Part shown: positions 1 through 9,464 of the stretch, piece after piece
How positions within the stretch are numbered: the stretch's first letter is position 1
How the letters are laid out: the number at the start of each line of letters is the position of its first letter
Position numbers and translations under genes: made by a program
Source: Myxococcales bacterium
Lineage (GTDB): Bacteria > Myxococcota_A > Polyangia > Polyangiales > Polyangiaceae
Length of the DNA: 64,000 bases
Direction: 5' to 3'
Assembly (NCBI GenBank): GCA_043747615.1
Contig: JAYTOU010000035.1
Coordinates: forward strand, 12,443-76,442
Notes under the pieces: model-generated
Database searches by the model: none
The model's input: the letters and a program-made list of their open reading frames with translations, nothing else
What the model was told of the DNA's origin: nothing

Positions 1-2
1 TC

Positions 3-866
3 TACGCGTTTCGACAAGGCTTTTACGATCGCCACGGCTACGGCGTCGTCTCGCCGTCTCGCCGTCTGACGGTGAGCCCGCGCGCCGTTCCGCGCACGTG
101 GGTCGTAGACACCCAGCGGGGTGAGCTGCGTCGCGCCGGGGCCGAGGAGCGCGGAGAAATCGTCCGCGTCTACGAAGCCGTCGCTGCCACTAGCACGGGC
201 TTCCTCAGCCGCAGCGAGCGTCTGTGGGAGCGGCGGTTCATCGACGAGCGGCGTCAGTGGTTCGTCGTTGGCGCTCCCGGAAAGGTGACCGGCTACGTCG
301 CGTGGAAGCTTCGTCAGTCCGAGCCTCACGCCATGACCAGGTTGGTGGTCGACGAGCTCGTCGCCGAAGATGATCGCACGCGGAGGCTTCTTTTTGGGGC
401 GATCGGCGCTCAGTGCGATCAGGTCACGGAGTTCGAGATCGCGCTGGCAGACGACGACGTCGTCGGTCGGGCGTTCGTCGATCCCGATCTCGCACAATTC
501 GGAACGAGCGATGTCGAGCATCCTCTCGGTGTGATCGTAGGCGGGCCAGTGCTTCGCATCCACGAGCCCGCGTTTGCCCTCGAAGCTCGCGGCTACCTCG
601 AAGAAGGCTCGCTCTCGATTGCCGTTACGGGCGGCGCGCGCGTTCTTCTGACCGTCGAGCGCGGAAGAGGAACGACACGTCCGCTTCAAGACGACCGAGC
701 GGACATTGCCGTGGACGCACGCACCCTGTCTTCGATTCTCTATGGCGCACTCCTCCCCTCCGACGCTGCGCGCCTCGGATGGCTCGAGGCACGAGACCAT
801 GAGGCGCTCCTCCGGGCCGATTCGCTTCTTGCGCTCCCCTCGTTTTTCGCGCTCGATTCGTTCTGA
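3..866 (+). CDS. Eis-like GNAT N-acetyltransferase with C-terminal SCP2-like domain (5' truncated by window edge)
   Basis: Frame is open from the window start (YAFRQGFYDRHGYG resembles the Eis GFY.RFGY motif); C-terminal ALEARGY...LSSILYG...LGWL pattern. Confidence 0.8.
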   Translation, partial: YAFRQGFYDRHGYGVVSPSRRLTVSPRAVPRTWVVDTQRGELRRAGAEERGEIVRVYEAVAATSTGFLSRSERLWERRFIDERRQWFVVGAPGKVTGYVAWKLRQSEPHAMTRLVVDELVAEDDRTRRLLFGAIGAQCDQVTEFEIALADDDVVGRAFVDPDLAQFGTSDVEHPLGVIVGGPVLRIHEPAFALEARGYLEEGSLSIAVTGGARVLLTVERGRGTTRPLQDDRADIAVDARTLSSILYGALLPSDAARLGWLEARDHEALLRADSLLALPSFFALDSF

Positions 867-869
867 GCG

Positions 870-1655
870 ATGGACAGCGATCTGCCTGAGGAGCATGTAC
901 CCGTCACCACCCGCTTCGGGACGGCGGTGGGGCTCGCGGTCGTCGCTTCGGCGCTCGCCTCTGGTCCCGCGGCGCTGCGTGTGTCCTCGGCCCTCAACGG
1001 CGCGCCCGGTGCCTGGCCCGCGCTCGCGGCCGCGCTTTTTTTCCCGATGCTTGGAGCGATCTACCTCCTGCGGCGGGCGCGGCAAGGCGTGCGCGCGTTT
1101 TCCGGCGTGGGCGCAAGCGTGCGTGCGTTTGCCCTTTTTCTTTTCAGCGCGCTTCTTCTCGCCGCCATGGCATTGATCGGTGCGGCCCTCCGCGCGACCA
1201 CCCATCATCATGCGCTCGCAGGCGTCACCTTTGCGGTGGTCACGCTCGTGGCCGCGCTCTTCCTCGCGCCGATTTCCGCGCACACGGCGGGCATTCTCGA
1301 CCGGTGGACTACCGAGAAGAAGGTCGCCCGCCTCGTCATCGCGGGAGCCCTCTTCGTCGCATGTGTGCTCGTCGTAAACCTCCGCGTGGCGCGCCTCGGA
1401 TCCAGTGCATCGCTCTCGGCGCCGGCGGCCGCGGTGGTCGTCGATCTGCTCGCGTTCGCCATCGCCGCCCTGCTCGCCTCGAGCCCGGACCTCAAAGACC
1501 GCCGCATCTTGGCCATTTTCGGCCCCCCCGTCGCCGCCGCGCTCTTTGCGCTCGGCCTCACCACCCTTCATGCCTCCGCCCCTCTCGAGGCTGCGATCCA
1601 CGAGCGCGCGCCCGCTTTTGCGCCGGCGGTTCGGGCCGCTTTACGCGGCGACTGA
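870..1655 (+). CDS. Multi-pass membrane protein of unknown function
   Basis: 261-aa ORF with about 7-8 hydrophobic segments; starts 3 nt after the upstream stop. Confidence 0.7.
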   Translation: MDSDLPEEHVPVTTRFGTAVGLAVVASALASGPAALRVSSALNGAPGAWPALAAALFFPMLGAIYLLRRARQGVRAFSGVGASVRAFALFLFSALLLAAMALIGAALRATTHHHALAGVTFAVVTLVAALFLAPISAHTAGILDRWTTEKKVARLVIAGALFVACVLVVNLRVARLGSSASLSAPAAAVVVDLLAFAIAALLASSPDLKDRRILAIFGPPVAAALFALGLTTLHASAPLEAAIHERAPAFAPAVRAALRGD

Positions 1656-1664
1656 CCCCTGGCG

Positions 1665-1692
1665 TTGACGTGGGGAAACGCTGCCTTAACTT
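1665..1692 (+). promoter_or_regulatory. Putative sigma70 promoter (TTGACG-N16-TAACTT)
   Basis: -35 at 1665-1670, -10 at 1687-1692, GAGG at 1710-1713 before ATG 1719. Confidence 0.5.
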
Positions 1693-1718
1693 GCGCTTCT
1701 ACGACCCATGAGGCGCGC

Positions 1719-2468
1719 ATGTACAACATGAACCAAGCGGCGAATGAGCAAACGTTTGCTCCGGGGCGAAGCGACGCTCTTCCGTACTTGCGAAAGGTCT
1801 ATCTCCTCTTCACGGGGGGGATCCTCTTCGCGATCGCCGGCGCGCTCCTCGCGCTCTACGCAGGCACCGAGGTTCAGGTTCGGATCGGAGCCGGCAATGC
1901 GTCCCTGCCGCCGCTCGTCGCCTTCGGAGTGCAGCACTGGTTCGTGATGCTAGCGATCTACATGGCGTCGTTCTTCGGCGCCACCTTCGCGCGAAGGGTC
2001 CCCGGTCTGAACGTCCTTGCGCTTTTCGGGTACGCGCTCATCACGGGGCTCTTTCTCGCCCCCACTCTCTTTTTCGCTCAGCTGATGGCTTCTCAGGGCG
2101 CAACCCTCGACAGCGCACCGGTCCGCGATGCATTCCTCCTCACCGGAGCGGCGTTCACGGGGCTCTCGTCGTACGCGCTCATCACGCGGAAGGACTTTTC
2201 CTTCCTCGGCGCCGCTCTCTCGACCGGCGTCTGGGTCGTGCTCGGTGCCATGATTCTAGGATTTTTTCTGCATTCGGCGGTGTTTCAACTGGCGATCGCC
2301 AGTGTGGGCGTCCTCCTCTTCGCGGGATACATTCTTTACGACACCTCGCGCATGCTCCGCTCCGGCGACGAGAGCGATCCGGTCGGCGCGGCCCTGCGTC
2401 TCTTTCTCGATGTCGTGAACCTCTTCATGTTCTTGCTCCGCATTCTCTCTTCGTCGCGCAACCGCTGA
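1719..2468 (+). CDS. Bax inhibitor-1/YccA family membrane protein
   Basis: YLRKVY, RKDFSFLG, GYILYDTS and ALRLFLDVVNLFMFLLRIL motifs; 7 TM segments. Confidence 0.92.
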   Translation: MYNMNQAANEQTFAPGRSDALPYLRKVYLLFTGGILFAIAGALLALYAGTEVQVRIGAGNASLPPLVAFGVQHWFVMLAIYMASFFGATFARRVPGLNVLALFGYALITGLFLAPTLFFAQLMASQGATLDSAPVRDAFLLTGAAFTGLSSYALITRKDFSFLGAALSTGVWVVLGAMILGFFLHSAVFQLAIASVGVLLFAGYILYDTSRMLRSGDESDPVGAALRLFLDVVNLFMFLLRILSSSRNR

Positions 2469-2494
2469 CTCTCGCCAACGACAGAGCACGACAC

Positions 2495-3280
2495 ATGACA
2501 ACCTTTCGAAAGCGGGCGCTCCAGGCAGCGGCGATCTCTACGGTTTGTGCCCTCGCGGTGACGGTGGACGCCGGGGACTCGCATCCCCAAGGCCTCGCTG
2601 TCGTTGCCCTGGAGGGAGCGGGCGAAGCAGCGTGGCCCCTTGCAAAAGCAATCTACGCGCGACCCACGCTTCGCCCGGCCTCGCTCGACGAAGCACGCGC
2701 GCGGATCCTCGCCGGTGAGCCGCTGCCTCCTCAGGCTCCCACCGCGCTTCACGATCTGGCCGAGACACGCGTTGCCGTTCACGGGGACGACGCGCCGTCG
2801 CGCCAGCTCCTCTTGTCGATTGCCCAGAACCTCCATGTACGCGGGCTCGTCGTGGTTGGTTCGGAGCGCGTGGAAGCGCCCGTCGTCACCATGGGAACGG
2901 TCGCCACGGGAGTGGCGGGCGACGCACCGCCGCCGGTTCGCTCCTCGCAGCCGTTTGCTCGTGTTTTCATGGTCGAAACGGGCTCGATGGATGCCGCGCG
3001 CTACTACGCGGACGACGATGGCGCGAGCTGGGCGGGCGCAGTGCGATCGCTCGAGCGGAGCTACGGCGTTGCCCTGCCGCCGCAACCTCCCGGTCCGCTC
3101 ACCCCCGCGCCTCCCAAGCTCAAGCCGGAAGACGCGTCGGCTTCGCATCCGTTCTATTCGTCTCCCTGGTTCTGGGGCGCGCTCGGGGCCGCGGCGGTCG
3201 GAGCCACGGCCGTTTACTTCGCCACCCAGAACAACGGTAGCAACGGCACGATCCACCTCTCGGCCCAGGTGCCTAAGTGA
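2495..3280 (+). CDS. Exported hypothetical protein with Pro-rich linker and C-terminal hydrophobic segment
   Basis: Signal-like N-terminus; PFYSSPWFWGALGAAAVG tail typical of myxobacterial PEGA/TPR-type proteins. Confidence 0.7.
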   Translation: MTTFRKRALQAAAISTVCALAVTVDAGDSHPQGLAVVALEGAGEAAWPLAKAIYARPTLRPASLDEARARILAGEPLPPQAPTALHDLAETRVAVHGDDAPSRQLLLSIAQNLHVRGLVVVGSERVEAPVVTMGTVATGVAGDAPPPVRSSQPFARVFMVETGSMDAARYYADDDGASWAGAVRSLERSYGVALPPQPPGPLTPAPPKLKPEDASASHPFYSSPWFWGALGAAAVGATAVYFATQNNGSNGTIHLSAQVPK

Positions 3281-4446
3281 CGGGCGCCGCAATAGCCGCA
3301 GGGGCGAGGCGTGCTCTTCCCGCGCTGTGGCTGTTTTTAGCCCTCTTTTTCGCGATGCCGAGCGCGCAAGCCGATTCGCCTTCCGGTCTCACCGACGGGC
3401 CTCGCGATGCTCCGCAGATTTTAGACGTCAGCGCCGTTCGCATTCCCCCGATACCTGCAAACTACACAGAACGTGATCTCGGCTGGCTCCATCTGAGCTA
3501 CGTGCCGGCGGCGCACGAGCGGGTCGAGCCTCTCATCGCCAAGGCCGCCGAGATGAAGGCCAAGTTGGAGGAGCACTTTGGCCAGACCGTGCTCGCGCAC
3601 GTCGACGTCCGAGTCGCGCGAACCACCGAAGAAATGGCCCAGCTGGCGCCGGTTGGGCTTCCGCCGCCGGCCTACGCGAGCGGTGTTGCTTACCCTGCGC
3701 TCCACCTCGTGCTCCTCACGCTCACCGCTCCCGACGCGAGCGCCGATGCGCCGAACCTAGAAGAGGTGTTCGACCACGAGCTCGCCCACGTCGCCCTCGA
3801 GGACGCGGTCGCGGGGCATCACGTGCCTCTGTGGTTCAACGAGGGCGTGGCGATCCACGAGTCGGGCGAGCTACCGTTTTTGCGCGTGAAGACGCTCTCG
3901 GACGCGACGCTGTCCAAGACGGTGATCCCGCTCTCCGACCTCGACCGGGGCTTTCCGGGCGAGCGTTACGAAGTGAACATCGCGTACGCAGAGTCCGCCG
4001 ATTTCGTGCGCTTCCTCTTGCGCGACGCCGATCGCGGGCGCTTCGTGTCGCTGCTCGAGCGGGTGCGGCGCGGTGACCCCTTCGAGCGCTCTCTCGGCGA
4101 CGCGTACGGCACGAACCTCCGCAAGCTCGAATACGAGTGGCGCGAAGAGCTCTTCAATCACTACAGCCTGATCCCGATCCTCACGGGCGGCTCTCTCATT
4201 TGGGTACTTCTGATCGCGATGATGGCCGTCGGTTACGTTCGCCGGCGCCGCGCGGCAAAGGCCACCCTCTCACGGTGGGAAAAGGAAGAGGCCGCCCTCG
4301 ACGCCGCGGTTGCCGCCGCCGACGAAGCGGAACGCCGCGCACGCATCGAGACCGGCCTCCCAGGCCTCCCCGATCACCCCGCGATGCGCATGGCTCCAGG
4401 GCTCCCCAAAATCGAGCACGACGGCGACTGGCACACCGTTCACTAG
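3277..4446 (+). CDS. Peptidase MA-like (gluzincin) metallopeptidase, membrane-anchored
   Basis: HELAH followed by WFNEG; signal peptide; C-terminal TM helix; GTGA overlap with upstream gene. Confidence 0.85.
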   Translation: MTGAAIAAGARRALPALWLFLALFFAMPSAQADSPSGLTDGPRDAPQILDVSAVRIPPIPANYTERDLGWLHLSYVPAAHERVEPLIAKAAEMKAKLEEHFGQTVLAHVDVRVARTTEEMAQLAPVGLPPPAYASGVAYPALHLVLLTLTAPDASADAPNLEEVFDHELAHVALEDAVAGHHVPLWFNEGVAIHESGELPFLRVKTLSDATLSKTVIPLSDLDRGFPGERYEVNIAYAESADFVRFLLRDADRGRFVSLLERVRRGDPFERSLGDAYGTNLRKLEYEWREELFNHYSLIPILTGGSLIWVLLIAMMAVGYVRRRRAAKATLSRWEKEEAALDAAVAAADEAERRARIETGLPGLPDHPAMRMAPGLPKIEHDGDWHTVH

Positions 4447-4449
4447 AAA

Positions 4450-5610
4450 CTATTTTGCGATCACCGTCGGGCATCCGGCGATGACGCGGACGTCGAGCAC
4501 GTCGCCAGACATCACGCGGTCGCAGACTGATCCCGTCAGAGTGACCGTCGATCCATCGAGAACCCAGCCGTTCGTCGGGTCGCTCGGAACCGCCACGTCG
4601 TCGAGGTAAACGTTCACGTGGCTGGGATCGGCTGGCGGCGAGCCGAGCGTCAAAACGCAGGTCGCCGTGATCTTTGCCGCCACCTTGGCGAGCGCCGAGG
4701 CGAACGCCGCCGCATCCGCCGAATCCACGTTGTAGTAGCGCGGTGAACCGCTGCGCGCGGTGCCGCCGGCGACCGCGAGTGCATCGAGGAGCCCGGCGTA
4801 AGGGCCGCTCCCCGGCACGCCGATGACGAACGTCGGAACGCCCGCGGCGCTGAGGTCTGTGACCGCACTGATGGTTGCATTCCCGTCGAGGCACGCGGTC
4901 GGACCATACATGGCCAGGTCACAGCAGCTCGATCCGCTCGGGGAGCACCCGACCGCGGACTCGATGTTCGGAATGCACGTGCTCGCGCCGCACGTCATGG
5001 TCTGGTTGCAGTTCGGCCCGCCGTCGGTCGCGAGGATCGCGAAGGTCTTTCCAGGAAGCGCGGACAAGCGCGGGGTGAGCGCGCGAATCGTACGTGCGGT
5101 GGGCGTTCCACCCGAGGCGACCACGTTGGTGGCGGTAACGAAGCCCATGCTGGTGGGGCCGGGGCTGCCCGCGGGCGAATCTCCACGTTGCGGCGGGAAC
5201 ACCTCCACGCCCGGATCGCACGAGGCTCCCTGCGGATTGGGAAACACGGCCGCCCCAAAGTTGGCGCGCGGGCCGAGCTTGACCAGCGTCTTGGCGACCA
5301 CCGTACGAACCGTCGACCACTTGCCCTGGTCGTTCATGCTCCCCGAGCGATCGAGGATGAAGTAGAGGTTCGGCGCGTCGCCGAGGAGGGAAAGCTCGAG
5401 GCACCCGCATGGCCCGCCGTCGGCGCCGTACTGACAATGTGGGGTCTCTTTCGAGTCCGCGAAAGCGGGTCCATCTCCGCCGCCGTCGCCACTGTCAGCC
5501 TCGTCGTCGCCAAGATTCGGGAATTGACTGCGCTTGCTCCCGCAGGCTGCGAACACGAGCGCGAGCGCCGCCAGGACGACGCCAACATTCAACCCTCGCC
5601 AAGGATGCAC
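4450..5610 (-). CDS. Cys-rich VWA-domain lipoprotein (CglB-like)
   Basis: Lipobox FAAC; intact MIDAS (DRSGS, TPT, TDG); many Cys. Confidence 0.85.
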   Translation of the reverse strand: MHPWRGLNVGVVLAALALVFAACGSKRSQFPNLGDDEADSGDGGGDGPAFADSKETPHCQYGADGGPCGCLELSLLGDAPNLYFILDRSGSMNDQGKWSTVRTVVAKTLVKLGPRANFGAAVFPNPQGASCDPGVEVFPPQRGDSPAGSPGPTSMGFVTATNVVASGGTPTARTIRALTPRLSALPGKTFAILATDGGPNCNQTMTCGASTCIPNIESAVGCSPSGSSCCDLAMYGPTACLDGNATISAVTDLSAAGVPTFVIGVPGSGPYAGLLDALAVAGGTARSGSPRYYNVDSADAAAFASALAKVAAKITATCVLTLGSPPADPSHVNVYLDDVAVPSDPTNGWVLDGSTVTLTGSVCDRVMSGDVLDVRVIAGCPTVIAK

Positions 5611-5616
5611 ACCTAC

Positions 5617-5626
5617 AGGCTAGCAT
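5617..5626. promoter_or_regulatory. Bidirectional overlapping -10 elements (TAGCCT minus, TAGCAT plus)
   Basis: The two hexamers share TA at 5621-5622 and lie 6 and 7 nt from GTG starts at 5610 (-) and 5634 (+). Confidence 0.55.
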
Positions 5627-5633
5627 TCAGGTG

Positions 5634-8606
5634 GTGGGAATGGACGCGCGGGGAAAACAAGGCCTCTGGCCGCGCGTGGCGGCGGTGATCGTGCTGATCT
5701 TCTGCGCGCTCGTAATCGCCGGAGTCCCGGGCGCGCGCCTCGTCCCCCTGGTGTTCGAGCGCGTTGCGCCGCCGCTCCCGGATGAAATTCGTGATCGCGA
5801 TGCCTCGCTCGACGTCATGGCTCGATCGTCCGACGGCTCACGCCTTGCGGGAGTCATGGTGCGGGCCATCGCCATCCTCGAAGGACGGGCTCACCTCGCC
5901 GCCGAAGGAGTCACCGATGCCTCGGGCAGCGTGACCCTCTCCCGCTTGCCCCGCGCCGAGCATTGGATCACCGCAGAGCTCGACGGGCGTGCGCGCGCAT
6001 CGACGGCGGTCGCCCTCGGCTCGGGGCAGCGCCAAATCGAGATGCAGCTCGAGTCGGAGCATCGGCTCGCCGTGGAGGTGAAAGACGAAAAAGGCAAAGC
6101 CGTCGGCGGCGCGGAGATCGAGGTTGCTGGACGGGATCCGCTTCCCCTCGGCGCACGCACCGATCCGGCTGGAAACGCGACGGTTCATCGCTTGGGGAGG
6201 GGTCCGTACATCGTCGTCGCACGTGCACCAGGCCTCGAAGAAGTGACCCAGCACGGAGTGCTCGAAAGCAGCGTCGCGCGGATCGTTCTTCGGCACCTGG
6301 GTGTGATCGTGGTGCACGTCGTCGACGCGGCGGGAGCGCCCGCGCCCAAAGCGCACGTGCAGATCGCAGGGGCAACGCTTTGGCCTCCGCGCGCCGCCGA
6401 CACCGATGAGGCGGGCACCGTGCGGATCGCAGCGCTCCCGACCGGCAACTACGCCATGCGCGCGGTGCTTCGCGACGAGCTCTCACCCATCGAATTCGAC
6501 GTACCGATCAAAGGGAGCGAAGAAAAAGAAATAACCCTTCATCTCGAAGTTGGCCAAAGCGTCGCCCTCCGAGTGAGCGAGGGCGAAGCCGGCGGATTGA
6601 TCGCCGATGGCCTTGAAAACAAGGCGATTCCGGGGGCACGTGTTTCGCTCGCCGAAGGTGGGGTCTCTCCTTTTCCCCTCGAAGGGGTGAGCGATCGTGA
6701 CGGACGCGTGCGCCTCGGTCCGGTGTTTCGCGGTCCGTCGACGGTGTCCGCGCGGGCGGATGGGTTCGTGGCGCGTGGCGGGATTCCGATTCCCCAGCCG
6801 CTCCCGAAAGAGCTCGCGCTCCACCTCGCGCGCGCCGGAGTGCTCACCGGGCACGTCGTGGACAAGCGCGGCTTCGCGGTGGACGGCGCGAGCATCGAGG
6901 TTGTAGGCACCGATTTCTACGGCGCTCCGATCGATGACGATCCCCGTCGCTCTCGATTTCGCGAAGCGCATTTCGCGTCCGCCCTCGGCGGGCCTGCGCC
7001 GCTCGTCTCTGCCGGGGAGCTTGGGGTGGTACCCGGACCTGTCCCCCCCATTCCGCGTTCGTTCGATCCGCCGCCGAGCGCCACGGCAGGCGGGGGGCGC
7101 ACCCTCGAAGAACCGTGGGTCACCCGAAACGACGGTACCTTTCGCGCATCCCCGGTGTCACCGGGTCGGGTGCGCGCGCTCGTCCGCCATCCGCAGTTCG
7201 TCGAGGCCATCAGCGACGTGGTCACGATTTCTTCCGGAGGGGAAGCGCACGTCGAGGTGGTGATGCAGGCCGGTGGCGCGCTGGAGGGTGTGGTGGTGGA
7301 GGGTGACGGTCGCCCGGTAGCAGGAGCGCGCGTCCTTCTCGCAGCCACGCGCGGAGCAATGGAGCACACGGCACGCACGGCTTCGGACGGGACATTTGCT
7401 TTCGCCTCCGTTCCCGACGTCGTCACGATCTCGGTGACCACGGACGACGATCTGAGCGCCGTTCGCGCGCGGGTCACAGTCGTCATTCCGGACGGATCTC
7501 GCAAAACGATCACCGTCACTCTCTCCGCTCCGCGCCCGGCCTTGCCGGTCGTCGTGAAGGATGATCGCGGCTACCCCGTCGACGCGGCGCAGCTCTCCGT
7601 CTCTTCGCTCGATCCGTCATCTCCCCTTCGCACAACGGTGTACACGAACGCGCGCGGTGAAGCGTCTATCGTCGGCGCGCAGGGAATTTCACTGCGAATC
7701 GAAGTGCTTTCGCCGAACCACGCGCCCGCCGCGATCACCGTCGAGCCCTCCGCCACGTCGATCTCGATCTCGCTCGGTCGCGCCGAGACGGCGACGGGGG
7801 AGGTGCGCTCGACCCGCGGAGAAGCCATCGCCGATGCGGAGGTGGTGCTCTACACGGAGCTCGGCGCCAAGCGCGCGAAGACCGACGCCGGGGGACGTTT
7901 CTCGATCGCCGGACTCGCCACCGGAACTGCGCGCATGAGGGTTCGCGCCCCGGGGTTCGCTCCCGCCTTCCGGGATGTGGCGATCAATCCTCAAGCGAGA
8001 ACCGGGCCGGTGTCCCTCGCGCGCGTCGAGCTTCCCAGGGAGGGCGTAGTCCAGGGAACGGTCGTCGACGAACGCGGAAATCCCGTGCAAGGTGCACGTA
8101 TCGCCCGTGACCGCGCTCCCTCCTATCTCGCTGCGGGGCCAATCCAAGCGGGCATGGCGATCAGCGACGCGCACGGCCGCTTTCGCCTAATGGAGCTTCC
8201 CGAAGGCTCGCTCGCCTTCGAAGCCTTTGCGCCGGACATCGGAAGGGGACGCATCGAAGGGGTCCGCGTCGTCGCCGGCCGCTCGACCGACGACACCCGC
8301 ATTACCCTGAAGCGTGCCGAGGAGAAGATCCCGGAGCTGCCCAGCTCGGGCGGCGTCGCCGTCACCCTGGGCGAGACGAACGCCGACGAGGTCGTGCTCG
8401 TGGCGGTCAGCGAGGCGAGCGCAGCCGAACGCGCCGGCCTTGCCCCTGGCGACGTCGTGCTCGAGATCGACACCCACCCCGTTCGCACCATCGCCGAAGC
8501 CCGCCAGGGCCTTACGGGCCCGGTGAGCGACGACGTAATCGTGAAGCTCCGTCGCGCCGAAAAAGCCCTGACGCTTCGCGTCCCGCGTGAGCAGGTTCGG
8601 CGCTAG
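5634..8606 (+). CDS. Membrane-anchored protein with repeated carboxypeptidase-regulatory-like (beta-sandwich) domains and C-terminal PDZ domain
   Basis: Repeated G.V.D..G.PV.GA.V and TD..G.F motifs; PDZ motif SAAERAGLAPGDVVLEID; start at 5634 or 5640. Confidence 0.85.
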   Translation: MGMDARGKQGLWPRVAAVIVLIFCALVIAGVPGARLVPLVFERVAPPLPDEIRDRDASLDVMARSSDGSRLAGVMVRAIAILEGRAHLAAEGVTDASGSVTLSRLPRAEHWITAELDGRARASTAVALGSGQRQIEMQLESEHRLAVEVKDEKGKAVGGAEIEVAGRDPLPLGARTDPAGNATVHRLGRGPYIVVARAPGLEEVTQHGVLESSVARIVLRHLGVIVVHVVDAAGAPAPKAHVQIAGATLWPPRAADTDEAGTVRIAALPTGNYAMRAVLRDELSPIEFDVPIKGSEEKEITLHLEVGQSVALRVSEGEAGGLIADGLENKAIPGARVSLAEGGVSPFPLEGVSDRDGRVRLGPVFRGPSTVSARADGFVARGGIPIPQPLPKELALHLARAGVLTGHVVDKRGFAVDGASIEVVGTDFYGAPIDDDPRRSRFREAHFASALGGPAPLVSAGELGVVPGPVPPIPRSFDPPPSATAGGGRTLEEPWVTRNDGTFRASPVSPGRVRALVRHPQFVEAISDVVTISSGGEAHVEVVMQAGGALEGVVVEGDGRPVAGARVLLAATRGAMEHTARTASDGTFAFASVPDVVTISVTTDDDLSAVRARVTVVIPDGSRKTITVTLSAPRPALPVVVKDDRGYPVDAAQLSVSSLDPSSPLRTTVYTNARGEASIVGAQGISLRIEVLSPNHAPAAITVEPSATSISISLGRAETATGEVRSTRGEAIADAEVVLYTELGAKRAKTDAGGRFSIAGLATGTARMRVRAPGFAPAFRDVAINPQARTGPVSLARVELPREGVVQGTVVDERGNPVQGARIARDRAPSYLAAGPIQAGMAISDAHGRFRLMELPEGSLAFEAFAPDIGRGRIEGVRVVAGRSTDDTRITLKRAEEKIPELPSSGGVAVTLGETNADEVVLVAVSEASAAERAGLAPGDVVLEIDTHPVRTIAEARQGLTGPVSDDVIVKLRRAEKALTLRVPREQVRR

Positions 8607-8625
8607 GTCACCTTCAGGGCCTCAG

Positions 8626-8997
8626 TCACTGCTCCTTGAGAAACGTGACGGCTTTTCCCTCGAGCACCTTCCACTTGAGCGAATCGTCGGTGAGAACGCT
8701 CAAGGTCTGCTCGTCGGCGGCGCCGTCGGCGTCGGTGACGATGACCACGGACGTCTTGTCGGAGCGCACCACTTTGTACTTCGAGCTCTGCTTCTCGCGT
8801 GTCGTGCGAACGGAGACCGTCTCTCCTTTAAAGTCGAGCTCCATCTGCACCGCGAAAGCGTTGGCGGCGGCCTGCACGTCGGGGGAGACGCCCTCGGCCT
8901 TCGAGCCACGCCAGTGCCCCTCGAGCCGCGCTTGTGGGGACTTCTTGCAGCCCCCGAGCGCGAGGCCGAAACCGAGGAGTACAATCCAAGATCGCAT
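8626..8997 (-). CDS. Small lipoprotein (lipocalin-like)
   Basis: Lipobox LGGC followed by LEGHW. Confidence 0.7.
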   Translation of the reverse strand: MRSWIVLLGFGLALGGCKKSPQARLEGHWRGSKAEGVSPDVQAAANAFAVQMELDFKGETVSVRTTREKQSSKYKVVRSDKTSVVIVTDADGAADEQTLSVLTDDSLKWKVLEGKAVTFLKEQ

Positions 8998-9008
8998 CGC
9001 CGGCAAGT

Positions 9009-9464
9009 CTACGTCGGAATGCGGATGGGGGCGAGATTCTGCTCACCGGCGGCCATGATGGCGAGCACGTCTTCGGGAATTCGCTGGAGGCTATGAGTCG
9101 CATCCACGCAGGCCAGCCGCGTGAATCCCTCTGCGAGGAGCGTTTCTTCGCGAAGGAGGCGCACCTCGAAGCGAAGCGACACCGAGCGCACGAGCGCGAG
9201 CCGCGTCTCCACGATCAGCTCGTCGTCGAAGCGCGCGGGCGCGCGGTAGGTGAAGCCTGTTTCGATCACCGGGAGAAAGATTCCGCGCTTCGTCCAATCG
9301 GCGTGGGTCACACCCCGTCGACGCAGCCACTCGACGCGCCCCGCCTCCGCGTAGATTAAGTAGTTCGCGTGATGGACGATCCCCATCAGGTCGGTCTCAC
9401 AAAACCGAACTCTCACCGTCACCCGGGTGCTGCTCTTCTCCGGTGAGAGCGGCGGCGAAAGCAT
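9009..9464 (-). CDS. Acyl-CoA thioesterase, YbgC/FadM (4HBT) family
   Basis: VRFCETDLMGIVHHANYLIYAEAGR and YRAPARFDD motifs; TGATG overlap with upstream gene. Confidence 0.9.
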   Translation of the reverse strand: MLSPPLSPEKSSTRVTVRVRFCETDLMGIVHHANYLIYAEAGRVEWLRRRGVTHADWTKRGIFLPVIETGFTYRAPARFDDELIVETRLALVRSVSLRFEVRLLREETLLAEGFTRLACVDATHSLQRIPEDVLAIMAAGEQNLAPIRIPT

